Assembly (NCBI GenBank): GCA_036172245.1
Contig: JAYWIR010000019.1
Coordinates: 3,658,001 to 3,706,688, forward strand
Source: Raillietiella orientalis
Lineage: Eukaryota
Reading direction: 5' to 3'
DNA: 48,688 nt
The notes under the pieces are model-generated. The model searched no databases. It saw only the letters and a program-made list of their open reading frames with translations, and was not told the origin of the DNA. Both the position numbers and the translations under genes were made by a program. Within the stretch, counting starts at the first letter, position 1. Every line of letters begins with the position of its first letter. Shown here piece by piece: positions 26,430 through 38,200 of the stretch.

Positions 26430-28694
26430 TTAATTGTTTGCCTCTGCTTGCTGTCTCAAAATCTTAAGACCTGCAGAAATTGCTTCATCTAGATGACTGG
26501 GTGTGAAAGAAGCTGGACTTGTTTCCTGGTAATAAAAGGCAGGTGGGGCAAATTCGGGGTTCTGCATTTTTGAACTAGAACAATCACTTGATTTTTCTAT
26601 ATCATCTAAAAAATCCATAAATTCAATTAATCAATAGTATAATCACCATAACAATACCTGTAGATGAAGTGTGTATTGTTTTGTGCCTGTTTTGTGACAG
26701 ATCAATCTGAAAATGTGATTCTGATTTCAAGGATTTGGAACTTTTATAACTACTTGGAGGTTCAAATTCTTGATAGCGCTTTGAGCGACAGCGTTCATTC
26801 CATTCTTCCTGTGACATTTCTAAAAAAGCACTTACATGTACTACATATGTTTGTCTCACCCTTCATTTTAGAGCTACGTGGTACAGATAAACCTAATTTG
26901 CCAAGATCCCAAGGGCGAATCTGACGTTTAATTGGTTTTTCTATAGTTGAAGCATTTGTTTCAGGTTCCTTTTTCTCCTCCTCTTGTTGCTGAGGTTGTT
27001 CAATTGTTGATAAAAGCTCATCATCATCATTATCTAACCATGGGATAAAATATTTTGACACCATAATAATATACCTTCAAGTGGGAGCCCAGCTCTCAAT
27101 CTTTTCTTCTGACGAACTTTGTGCAAACGTTGCTTTAGTTTCATTTGTCTAAGTTTATGCACTTCTTCCATGCGCTTTTTTTCTTTATCAGTTTGCTGAC
27201 GTAGATCTTGCAGTAACTTTTGTTGCTTCTGTCTTTCTTCCTCACTTATTGAAAAGTTATAGTACCCCACACCATGAGACCAAACCTCTTATCACAAATT
27301 AGGTTATGTTTTCTTTAAGAATCGCCTTTTACCGTCTCTTAGTACACTTTGATAATGAACTGGCTGATCTGTCTCCATCTTAAGCTCTTGTTGTTCTTCA
27401 TTTTTGGGTGAGCTAATAACAGAAGACTTAGTCTCCTTTGTTTCCTTCGCCTGCATCCATGCTAAGTCACTACGCAAACAACATCGGGTTCTTCCAAGTG
27501 AATCAACATATTCCACCCTGAATTTCTACAGTTTATAAAAATAAACTATATGGAGTGCTTACCAGTCATCATCTGAGGAGGCAAATGATTGTTCTGTTGT
27601 TTCATCATCTTGTGAATTCTGACTACCTTTAAGGTATACTTCTGCCATGCCTTTTTTGTAAAAATCAACCAAGTACAGATTATCAATTTCCTGTTCATCC
27701 ATGTCTATTTCTCCATGTTTCAATTTATCATATAATAGAGCTTTAGCTTCAAGCCGTGTCCTGAAATAATAAATTTGCTAGAAACAACACAAGCTTTTGG
27801 GTCACAAGTTTGCTAGAACAGCAAAACAATTCCAATATGTGCATTAATTGAAGTAGCTGTAAGGTGAATGTGTGACCTTGCAAGTATAATTTGCATTCTA
27901 CAGAGATATTCATACAGATAGTAATTAAGAAAGTATTATAATACAAAACCTGAAAGACATATTTGATACTGTTGTAAAGGTAATTATAAATATAAACAAC
28001 TAAATTCATTTCACTTATTTAGATCATCTGAGATACCTGGCAAGCTCCAATTTTTTTAGCAATTCTGGATCATCATCATAATCATCCACTTTATTTCTTT
28101 CATTTTCCTTCTTTCTCTTCTTCTCTTTTTGAACACTATCTATTAATCTATCCAAAAACTTTTTGTGAGAAGTTAAAGGAGTTTTCTTGTCTGTATAAAA
28201 GTTTTTACTTCCATCTTGGGCTTTGGCTTCATCTTGCTTTTTGTGCAATTCGTTTTTCAAACCTATGATCTAAAGCATAAACACATGAAAGTTTTAAAAA
28301 TCTTTTTATATATTGCCTATATTAACAATAAAAGAAAAGGTGCTTTTTACGATCTTTAACAACTTACTGAAGTACTCCAATTAGAAGGCAATTACACGCA
28401 ACAAAACCCTCATCGCACAGAAAGCATCACTGAGGATTACATCATTACTCTCTATTTGATTATTACGACTCACTTTGTTCGGATTTTACAAAAGTTATTT
28501 TTATGTATGAATAATGGGGAAAAAAAATGCAATTTGGTATTATGCATACCAAATACATTGAAACAACCTTTAAGACCAAAACAAAAATTTAAAAAAATTA
28601 AATGAATATGCTTATTAGCTTCAAAAGTACACTAATACAATATCCTTACCGACGACACATTGATATTCGACAGTATTTTTTTTCTATCCATCAT
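26430..28694 (-). CDS. CCDC174: Coiled-coil domain-containing protein 174; 8 exons: 28694-28650, 28269-28037, 27760-27563, 27517-27333, 27287-27075, 27033-26893, 26819-26658, 26605-26430
   Basis: MMDRKKILSNINVSS|IIGLKNELHKKQDE, RLEAKALLYDKL...LYLVDF, DW|VEYVDSLGRTRCCLRSDL, HYQSVLRD|EVWSHGVGYYNFS, IRPWDLGK and PEFAPP match CCDC174 hallmarks (MDRRKK..SSLVDLKAEL, WVDYVDSLGRSRRC, GVGYFAF, EWDRGK, PEFAPP). Introns are GT-AG and in phase. Confidence 0.92.
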
Positions 28695-29411
28695 GAGTGG
28701 CTTCCACCTACTCCACAAGATATCATATCAGTTGCAATTTCAACCTATAATTCCAAATCGGCAATAGTTGTCGAATTACCTAATTCACGAACCACGCATT
28801 CAACATTGCTGAATCAGCACCATAGCTTACAAATCAACACAAATTTTCACGTTTTCAGAATGAAAAAAATACTTTCCTTCGCCTCAGAATTACCAACATA
28901 AACTCTAGGTTCTTTCGTCATCAAAACTTATGGGTAAATCTAAGCATTATAAACATCCAGAAAACTGCATATTCTAGCGAAGAACCCTTTCCGAAATAGG
29001 AAGAAACCAATCCCCCTTTTTCAGGATATGGAGAAAGCATATTCTAGTTCCTGGAGATCCGCGTTTCTACGTCGATCTCAGTCTGAAATTTGTGGAGGAG
29101 GTCCTTAGATGTATCATGTCCTTTGCCGAAAGGTGCATGCTGGTGGCGAATAGGATTCTTGATTGAATGTCGATGCAACTGATCTTGTTGGTGAACAGGA
29201 ATGAGATGTAGTCATGGTTTTGACAGGTTTTCATTTGTCAGCGGTTCCGCGTAAAAAAATTGGGTGATGGGATTTTGTGTGACGATGAGGATGCTGGCGG
29301 ATACGTGAGATACTGGTGAATGAGAAAGTGAGGTCAAAGATTTACCCGGATGTTGCAAATGCGCTGGGAAAGAAAGATTCTCTTACTGTATGTCTCGTTT
29401 GATCTGGGATC

Positions 29412-31684
29412 TCATCGTGTAAGAGCTTTGCCGCGAATCTGTGAAGAATGTTCTGCGCTTTGAGTTGAACGAGAAGATGGTTGCCGGATGGTAACTCTCA
29501 GAGTGCCTGCGATTGCAGGTGGTGACGTGCCTGCGCATGAAGGTGATGCATTCGGGATGGATTTTGGCAAAATGATTGGGAAGGAAGGAATTGTTACGTG
29601 CAGGCTGCAAGGTGAAGTGTTTGCTGAGGAGTCTGGACGTGTTGGGTTGTTCTCGGTCATGTAGTTGGAAATTGGATTGCAAATTGGCTGATGGTTGTTC
29701 CTTGCGTATTTGGAAGAGAGTTCGAGCGGGTGGCTGCACAATGAATCATGCAGAGTTTGAAAGTCCGTTTCAGCTTTAGTCGCACGCACATGACGCAAGG
29801 GAGTTTGTTTCTGGAACCCTGATGGATTCGAGTTTTGAACTTGGAGGAGTTTCATGCTGCAGTCGGGAGAACCGCTGCCAATCGAATTAGGTTTCCTATT
29901 GATTTCTAAGTGATCGCGTACCTGTCAGTTATACGTACAAGCGATAGGGAGGCCATTTGATCAGTTTGCGTATACCCACGAATCTTCTTTGTGGTCCCAT
30001 TCGTTCTTTAGTCAGTAGCATTTGTCAGTGCTGAAAGAGGTATGCAGAGTGAGTGTGAACACGAGGATCAGGGCGAGAGAAAAGGATGGATAGTTTCAAT
30101 ACCGGAATTTGGGGACTCAATAGAAGTGAGCACAACTTGAGTAGAAGACAATCTTTTGTGGAAGAAATGGACTGGTCGAGTCATTATCTGAAGCAGCAGA
30201 GTTTGAGAGATTCTTTCGTCCAATGAAGCTGGACAGTAAGAACGTGCTATGTGCATTGCCTACTAATTCTGCAATGATGAAACTGTTTGTTACTGAAAAC
30301 ATGCGTGATTGATTGAACCCTAATCTAGTGGCAACGTGAGTGATTCTTCTTTCGGGGTTGTGGTGCAGCACAGCATTGGCAGTGACCGAGCGGAACAGTG
30401 GGCCGCATGCCTCGAACTCGAGGATGGTGGAGCAGAATCAATGGATGGTCCGATTTCGAAGAAATGGCATTCATTCCTTGGGCACTGTTTTCATGGGTTG
30501 TGTGAAGTTTCTCCGAAAGGACTGCTGCTGATTGCTGAACAGAGGAAATGTATTTGCACCACATATGATAGAAGGGTACGATCCTAGGTAAAGGATGAGG
30601 AAGAGGATTAGGTATGGAACGTCTGTGAAGTGTCCACAGCAAATAGAAGATGGAGGCAATCGAGCGAGAATTGGAAATAGGCAGACAGATAGGGCGAGCA
30701 GTCGGGTGAAGGCCATGGAGCGCTGCGCCAACAAACGCGGTGATGTTATGAAGAATTGAAACAGAAAACATCCTCGTGAATAGGAGAAGGATGGGGATGG
30801 TAATGATTAAGGAAGTCAGCAAAAAGAAGCATTTCTTTTGAATAAAGGGAAATACGGACTTTCTTTTAAGCATTCGCCCCTAAGAAACCAATTGCGTTGA
30901 GGCGGGGTGCTGCTATGACGTGTAGTGCAGTTTTCTCAACAGAGTTTGAGTGAAAGCCGAATTGTGGGTGAGCCCGGCACGGGAAGAAATGAACAGAAGA
31001 TGAATGCCAGTTAGAAGCCTTGCGGGAAGGGAAATGCAGCGAATGGAAAATTTTTAGTACTCTTGTGAAAAGGGTTCTTGGAAATCGATGCTCTCGTTTC
31101 AATTCTTTCTTTTCCAGGCAACTCACCAACGCAGATACCCTGAAGAGTGCAAGAAGGGTGTGTTTCTTGCATACGTAACAGGTCAGGGAAGGGGGTATGG
31201 ATGGCGGTTATGGATAATGAAGGATGAATCATGGATGTGCATTGTTGAAGGAGGAATGGTTGGTGGATTGGTATTGAATGGATATTTTCATGTACTTACA
31301 GGTTCTGTAAGTGAAGTAGTAAGTTTGGATGAGGACCATGGCTAGTTTACAAAGATCTGCATGAAATGGAGAGAGATGAGCTTTAGGTATTGGAGAGAGA
31401 ACGAATTTGGACACATATGCCAGGTAATGTAATCACATGCGACTGAATCACAGAGGGATACCCGTTAAATGGCGGATGTCCAGGTTTCGAAAAGTGGAAG
31501 AGGAGACATAGGGTCGGTGTTTTTGTTTTCTAGGTACGTGGAATGGTGTGAGATGAATGCTGAATGCTTCAGCAAGTTTGCAATGGAAGGATGCAAAAAA
31601 GAGAGCAGATGCTGGAAATGAATATTGGGCAAATCTGGATTGTTTTTCGATAATGATAAAAACTAAGGCAATGAAGATGTTCAT
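29412..31684 (-). pseudogene. Decayed SLC22/organic-cation-transporter-like (MFS) gene
   Basis: Collinear remnants on the minus strand: IIEKQSRFAQY...FFASFH (N-terminus), TAIHTPFPDL/VCKKHTLLAL (cf. TIVTEFDLVC), IASIFYLLWTLH (cf. LAYFIRDWRTLQ), FIIAELVG...LLSSFIGRK (MFS loop motif), HPLELSSKYARN..PIC (cf. YTAELFPTVVRN..GIC) and PSFPIIL...TLRVTI (cf. LPLIIFG...LPETI). Frameshifts and stops throughout. Assigned by eye. Confidence 0.5.
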
Positions 31685-31744
31685 CTGAAGAGCATTGGGG
31701 GAGTCTACCCCAACTACCCGAAAATCTCAACCAACCTCTGCATC

Positions 31745-32600
31745 ATCCCTTATTCCACTGAAGACTTATTGGAACCAATGCCACTGAAGAAAGGCATTTC
31801 CCACGCTACAGTGCTAAGCATTTATGCGTTCCACCAAAACATGCTGCCGAATTCTTCACTTCCTTGTCCATGAAACTCTCGAACCAATTTTCCATTCGGT
31901 CTTTCTAAACAAGATGCCGGTGAGGATGCTCCTTGTTCATGAAGCAATGTTCTGTTGCACCTTCTGACTTTGAGGTAGCACAACTGTTTCAACATGTCCC
32001 TGTCATCCACACCATCCAGTTAATTCTTCCTTTTTGCAACACGGAAAAAAGGACACATTCCACTCGTGCACGGCACACATCGGATACACACGCCTGAACT
32101 GTTTTGTGCCTTCACAAGACACGTGGATGCCCAAGGCAACACGAAAAAATGCAAGTTGTCATCAATATAGGACTGCAGCGAGTTTCTCATCTCAACAGCA
32201 GTACTCCTGCAACACCATGCAGTCAACTATTAGGGAGCCTTTCGACGAGGAGATTGTGAGCACCAAGCATGCTGATGTTTCCAGTCCCAGTGACAAGACA
32301 CCATGCTGTTTTCTAAAGTTTCCTAAGAAGCTGACACACTTCAATTCTTGCCAAAACACTTTTTCTTTGTATGTTTCATCATGCATACGTAGCGTTTTAT
32401 GCACATTAAAAACGAAAATGCTACCCATTTGAGTTGTATCTTACTCATGAATAAAAAACTTCGTACACCAAGATTGTTCGAAAGAATTTATTCATGTTCC
32501 AGCATTCAGTGAACACAGCTTTTCATTGACCAACACTGGAGTGCTACACACCCGAGCTGCATAAATTACCATCAGCAAATCCTGATCAAAATAAGATGAA
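31745..32600 (+). pseudogene. Kelch-repeat remnant
   Basis: LLEPMPLKKGISHATVLSIYAF (about 31766-31831; cf. VAPMPTKRSGHGVAVLNGKIYAV), LNCFVPSQDTWMPKATRKNA (ORF 32034..32432; cf. VECYDPSTDTW..VASM..AR) and IDQHWS (about 32526-32543). Confidence 0.5.
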
Positions 32601-33429
32601 GACTATTGATAGTTAGTTTCCTCACCTTGACATTGGTGTTGGAACATCTCCTCAAATTCTTCAGGATTCATTTAGCCATCTGCAGTAGCATCTGCTTAAG
32701 TGACTTGTTCCACGTAACTGAGCACTGTGTCTAGCATGATTTCCTGTGACCTCTGCAATCTGGGTCAGCTCTGACTGGCAGTTAGTTGCCCTTTCAGAAG
32801 AGTGTTTGGTTTTCTGTGCTATTGGAACTGTGAAAAAAGGAAACAGAGACAAATCAATGCTTCTGAGCATGGACTCAACCCAATTCGTTATTATTTCCCT
32901 TTAATATTACTCCTTGATTCCGAAACCAACAAAACAAAAATTACACATACACAAACAAGAGTAATGAATACACAATGATAAATACAATAGTCGTTTCACC
33001 GACGGAAAATTAAAGGGAAAGCTACATTAACTGATCATTTCGAATGTCCTATCAGACCTGACCCACTGAAACCAATGCAAAAAACATATGGCTTCAACAA
33101 CCGAAATTAGCTTGAGAGTACCAACAAAATTTAGAAACTGCATTCAATTTTAAACTATCATTTATTTCTTCACTCTTTCTTTGCTAGGAGTTTCATGTTA
33201 ATATCGCATTATCTCTGCAACTCAAACACAGGAAGATCACAAATAACCATACACCGAACAGAAAATAACAACAGATTTTCAACATACATGCACAGCAACA
33301 CCTACAGTGGAAGACAAATTGAAAGCGAATTTCAAAGAAAACACCATGAAACTGTGTAACAGTTTCTCAGCTTCAGTTTAATAACTGGGAGTTCTGAGAA
33401 TACATTTCATTACCAAATGAATCTCATGA

Positions 33430-33760
33430 AAGATCATTTTGCATCTATCCAGTTAAAATACAAGAAAGTAACTCCTACTAACTCTGCTTCCAAAGCTCCT
33501 CTTCAAACTGCAATAGGTTTAAACACTAGGACTTGTGAACAATTGCGAACACCAATTGGAACACTAATGAAATTGAGATACAACTAAATAAGATAATCGA
33601 GATTTCATTGGTAATTGACATTGCAAAGAAATGTTTGATCTGCATCATAAAGTCAACCCATCAGATGGAGCAGTTGGTTGGTATGCCAACATTGCTTATG
33701 TCAGTGTACATTCAACGTTGACACCTGTTTGCCTTTCAAGAAAATGGAAACAAAGTCGAT
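33430..33760 (+). pseudogene. EIF3F: eIF3 subunit F (MPN domain) gene fragment
   Basis: EMFDLHHKVNPSDGAVGWYANIAYVSVHSTL...LSRK (33628-33745) matches eIF3f NMYELHKKV.PNE.I.GWYATG.DITEHSVLIHEYYSRE. Upstream RTPIGTLM (33546-33569) matches RVIGTLLG. The segment between them is shortened and frameshifted, and no C-terminal half is seen. Confidence 0.7.
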
Positions 33761-34029
33761 TCCCCTTACAACCTCAGCATCATATCTATTCACACATCTT
33801 CCATAATTCAATTCAATACCTCTACTCCTGCTTTATTGTGAGCAACAGAAACAATAAGTAACTTTGACCAATCCTTTGCCCACAGTTGTAGAAAGAAAAT
33901 TATCAACAAAACTAAGTTATGCAACAAAATGAGGTAAGTACATTTCAGATGATTACGATTCTTTCAAAATACTGCCACTTCACACTAAAACAGACATTTT
34001 CGTTTTCCATATCAAAACCATATTTACAG

Positions 34030-35200
34030 GTACGCACAAGAAAATCAACTCACCTAACATCTCAAAAAATAAACATCTACAGGGGCTATTCGTCTAGAAG
34101 TACCTCATAACCAAGCGAAACTTGATTACAAAATTTGTATCATTACAATTGGTGACAATCTTATCCCTCATCAACAACCCACCAATGCGACAAACATGAG
34201 AAACAACTCACCACTTCAACTTCCAGGAAAGTTCTGCTTCAAGTCTTTCCAATCCGATGCTCCATGTGTCCGAAAGCTCTTCTCCAGGAGTGATCCACAG
34301 GAACAAAATACTTCCAATGTTGGTAGATCAAAAAAAAAATAAGTGGGACGGAACGGGGGGACAAGGCCAAAGGAAAAACCAGGGAGGGACCAGGAATGAC
34401 CAACAACAAAAACCAATGAGCAGAACCAACAACCAAGGTGTCAACAAGATACACCGACAATACCACAAACAAAAGGTCACATCGGTTGGCACTCTGCCAA
34501 CCGTGCACCAAAGAAAAAAAAAAAACAAGCCATGGCCATCACATCACAAACACTCCTTGCGAAAATCTCGGAGCCAGCCAGCAAAACAACCAGGCTGCTG
34601 AGGGGAGAAAACCAAAAAATCACAAATAATTTGGCAAACAGTGCAAGTAAAAACCACCACACAGGAGAACCAAAAGAGAGCAAATCCAAATCCACACCCA
34701 CCATGGGCATATCACCGAACCCGCAATCCACTCAGGTGATCAAAACAAAAAAAAAAATAAAACACCATGCAAGCTGTGCATTGACACACAAAAGAACATC
34801 GAAAACCCAATCGGCCGGGGCAAACCCAGGTAAAATCCGAGAACAAAGGCACACAGCAGACATCACTTCAGAACAAAAAAACCACCAGTCAAAACAAAAA
34901 GCTCAATTCAAAAGAGAAGAAAACAAAAGCCGCAAAGCATTGAAAAGCATCAAAAAAGGAAGACAGGCACCCACAACGATCGCCACTCCTTAAAAGAGAA
35001 GGTGGTCGACAAGACTGATGGCCTCTGCAGAGAGGACTCCAGTCGACCTGCGTACCCAATGGGAAACATCCTTGGAGGACCTCCACCAAAGAGAACAATT
35101 GCCCGTAGCGGTACAACCATTTCAAAGTCACGCATCCAGAAGGAACGGATTTCAGTTCCACAAAGTAGAGTGTAGTGACGCGAGAAACCAAACCACTTGG
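34030..35200 (+). pseudogene. BACK-end plus first Kelch blades of a decayed KLHL-type gene leading into array A
   Basis: YSSRSTS*PSET and KVLLQVFPIRCSMCPKALLQE (34228-34290; cf. ELLQHVRLPLLSPKFL), then GGRQD / ASAERTPVDLRTQWETSLEDLHQREQLPVAV...RRNGFQFHKVECSDARNQTTW (35001-35200; cf. GG..L.SAERYDP.TNQW....M...R..LGVAV...GGRNG...VECYDPRTNTW). Confidence 0.55.
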
Positions 35201-38200
35201 CACGCCGCCAAGTGCAACTCGGTGGGAGGGAGAGGGACGAAATGAGCGTGACGGTGCAGCGCCCAAGAGCATCCTCGGGGGGTAGGGTGGCTCCCGGGCT
35301 GATGGTGGTGCGTTGGAGAAGAGAATCGTGACGATATTGCAATCAAATTTCGATGGCCTGCAGAAGCAAATCCTCAAGGGAAACGTGTGACAACACAAAA
35401 CGAAGCATCGCACGCGGAGAGACCGCTGACCAAGCCGGCCCACATGCGTCGGGCGGACCCGCAGGCGCAATTTGACCGTCCGGAACTACAGCCGCAAGCA
35501 TCAGATCGCTTGCACATCCACGCTTCAGGGAACAAACAGTGGAATGGGGGAAACGGAGAGTGAGTCCATGCAAGGTGAAGAAGTCTCCACGTTTTCGGGA
35601 GCAAGAAGTAGGGAACAAAATTTCTCCATAGAGCAACAGGCCCGCTCGGCGGTAACGAGCGCTGAACTCTACGAGACGCAGGAAGAGGGCTGCGCTGGTT
35701 TCAGAGCCTCAACTCCGAAGGGGACAGACATTCTGCAGCTGAAATGTGGCGATGGAAGACCAGGGATCACGCAGCGCATTCACAAACTGTCGATTTCATT
35801 GGACGGTAGTCGAACGTACTAACGTTAGTAACCAGATCACTTGGCACGCCGCCAAGTGCAACTCGGTGGGAGGGAGAGGGACGAAATGAGCGTGACGGTG
35901 CAGCGCCCAAGAGCATCCTCGGGGGGTAGGGTGGCTCCCGGACTGATGGTGGTGCGTTGGAGAAGAGAATCGTAACAATGTTGCATTAAATTTCGTTGGC
36001 CTGCAGAAGCAAATCCTCAACGGAAACGTGTGACAACACAAAACGAAGCATCGCACGCGGAGAGACCGCTGACCAAGCCGGCCCATATGCGCCCGGCGGA
36101 CCCGCAGGCGCAATTTGACCGTCCGGAACTACAGCCGCAAGCATCAGATCGCTTGAACATCCACGCTTCAGGAAACAAAAAGTGGAATGGGGGAAACGGA
36201 GAGTGAGTCCATGCAAGGTGAAGAAGTCTCCACGTTTTCGGGAGCAAGCAGTAGGGAACAAAATTTCTCCATAGAGCAACAGGCCCGCTCGGCGGTAACG
36301 AGCGCTGAGATCTACGAGACGCAGGTAGAGGGCTGTGCTGGTTTCAGAGCCTCAACTCCGAAGGGGAGAGACATTCTGGAGGTGAAATTTGGGGATGGAG
36401 GACCAGGGATCACGCAGCGCATTCACAAACTGTCGATTTCACTGCTGGGTAGTCGAACGTACTAACGTTAGTAACCAGATCACTTGGCACGCCGCCAAGT
36501 GCAACTCGGTGGGAGGGAGAGGGACGAAATGAGCGTGACGGTGCAGCGCCCAGGAGCATCCTCGGGGGGTAGGGTGGCTCCCGGGCTGATGGTGGTGAGT
36601 TGGAGAATAGAATCGTGACAATATTGCAATCAAATTTCGTTGGCCTGCAGAAGCAAATCCTCAAGGGAAACGTGTGACAACACAAAGCGAAGCATCGCAC
36701 GCGGAGAGACCGCAGGTCAAGCCAGCCCACTGACGACGGGCGGAATCGCCGGGGTAACTCGGCCGACGGGAACTACATCCACACGCTGCAGATCGCTTGC
36801 ACATCCACGCTTCAGGGAACAAACAGTGGAATGGGGGAAACGGAGAGTGAGTCCATGCAAGGTGAAGAAGTCTCCACGTTTTCGGGAGCAAGAAGTAGGG
36901 AACAAAATTTCTCCATAGAGCAACAGGCCCGCTCGGCGGTAACGAGCGCTGACCTCTACGAGACGCAGGAAGAGGGCTGTGCTGGCTTCAGAGCCTCAAC
37001 TCCGAAGGGGAGAGACATTCTGGAGGTGAAATTTGGGGATGGAGGACCAGGGATCACGCAGCGCATTCACAAACTGTCGATTTCACTGCTGGGTAGTCGA
37101 ACGTACTAACGTTAGTAACCAGATCACTTGGCACGCCGCCAAGTGCAACTCGGTGGGAGGGAGAGGGACGAAATGAGCGTGACGGTGCAGCGCCCAGGAG
37201 CATCCTCGGGGGGTAGGGTGGCTCCCGGGCTGATGGTGGTGCGTTGGAGAAAAGAATCGTGACAATATTGCAATCACATTTCGTTGGCCTGCAGAAGCAA
37301 ATCCTCAAGGGAAACGTGTGACAACACAAAGCGAAGCATCGCACGCGGAGAGACCGCAGGTCAAGCCAGCCCACTGACGACGGGCGGAATCGCCGGGGTA
37401 ACTCGGCCGACGGGAACTACATCCACACGCTGCAGATCGCTTTCACATCCACGCTTCAGGGAACAAACAGTGGAATGGGGGAAACGGAGAGTGAGTCCAT
37501 GCAAGGTGAAGAAGACTCCACGTTTTCGGGAGCAAGAAGTAGGGAACAAAATTTCTCCATAGAGCAACAGGCCCGCTCGGCGGTAACGAGCGCTGACCTC
37601 TACGAGACGCAGGAAGAGGGCTGTGCTGGCTTCAGAGCCTCAACTCCGAAGGGGAGAGACATTCTGGAGGTGAAATTTGGGGATGGAGGACCAGGGATCA
37701 CGCAGCGCATTCACAAACTGTCGATTTCACTGCTGGGTAGTCGAACGTACTAACGTTAGTAACCAGATCACTTGGCACGCCGCCAAGTGCAACTCGGTGG
37801 GAGGGAGAGGGACGAAATGAGCGTGACGGTGCAGCGCCCAAGAGCATCCTCGGGGGGTAGGGTGGCTCCCGGGCTGATGGTGCTGCGTTGGAGAATAGAA
37901 TCGTGACAATATTGCAATCAAATTTCGTTGGTCTGCAAGAGCAAATCCTCAAGGGAAACGTGTGACAACACAAAGCGAAGCATCGCACGCGGAGAGACCG
38001 CAGGTCAAGCCAGCCCACTGACGACGGGCGGAATCGCCGGGGTAACTCGGCCGACAGCAACTACATCCACACGCTGCACATCGCTTGCACATCCACGCTT
38101 CAGGGAACAAACAGTGGAATGGGGGAAACGGAGAGTGAGTCCATGCAAGGTGAAGAAGTCTCCACGTTTTCGGGAGCAAGAAGTAGGGAACAAAATTTCT

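Noticed and set aside
35165..35215. Gag zinc knuckle (C-S-D-[C]-E-K-P-N-H-L-A-R-R) by assuming a 1-nt deletion
   Set aside because: It needs a frameshift, lacks the last Cys, and no protease, RT or LTR follows. Synonymous changes favour the Kelch-like VECSDARNQTTW frame.
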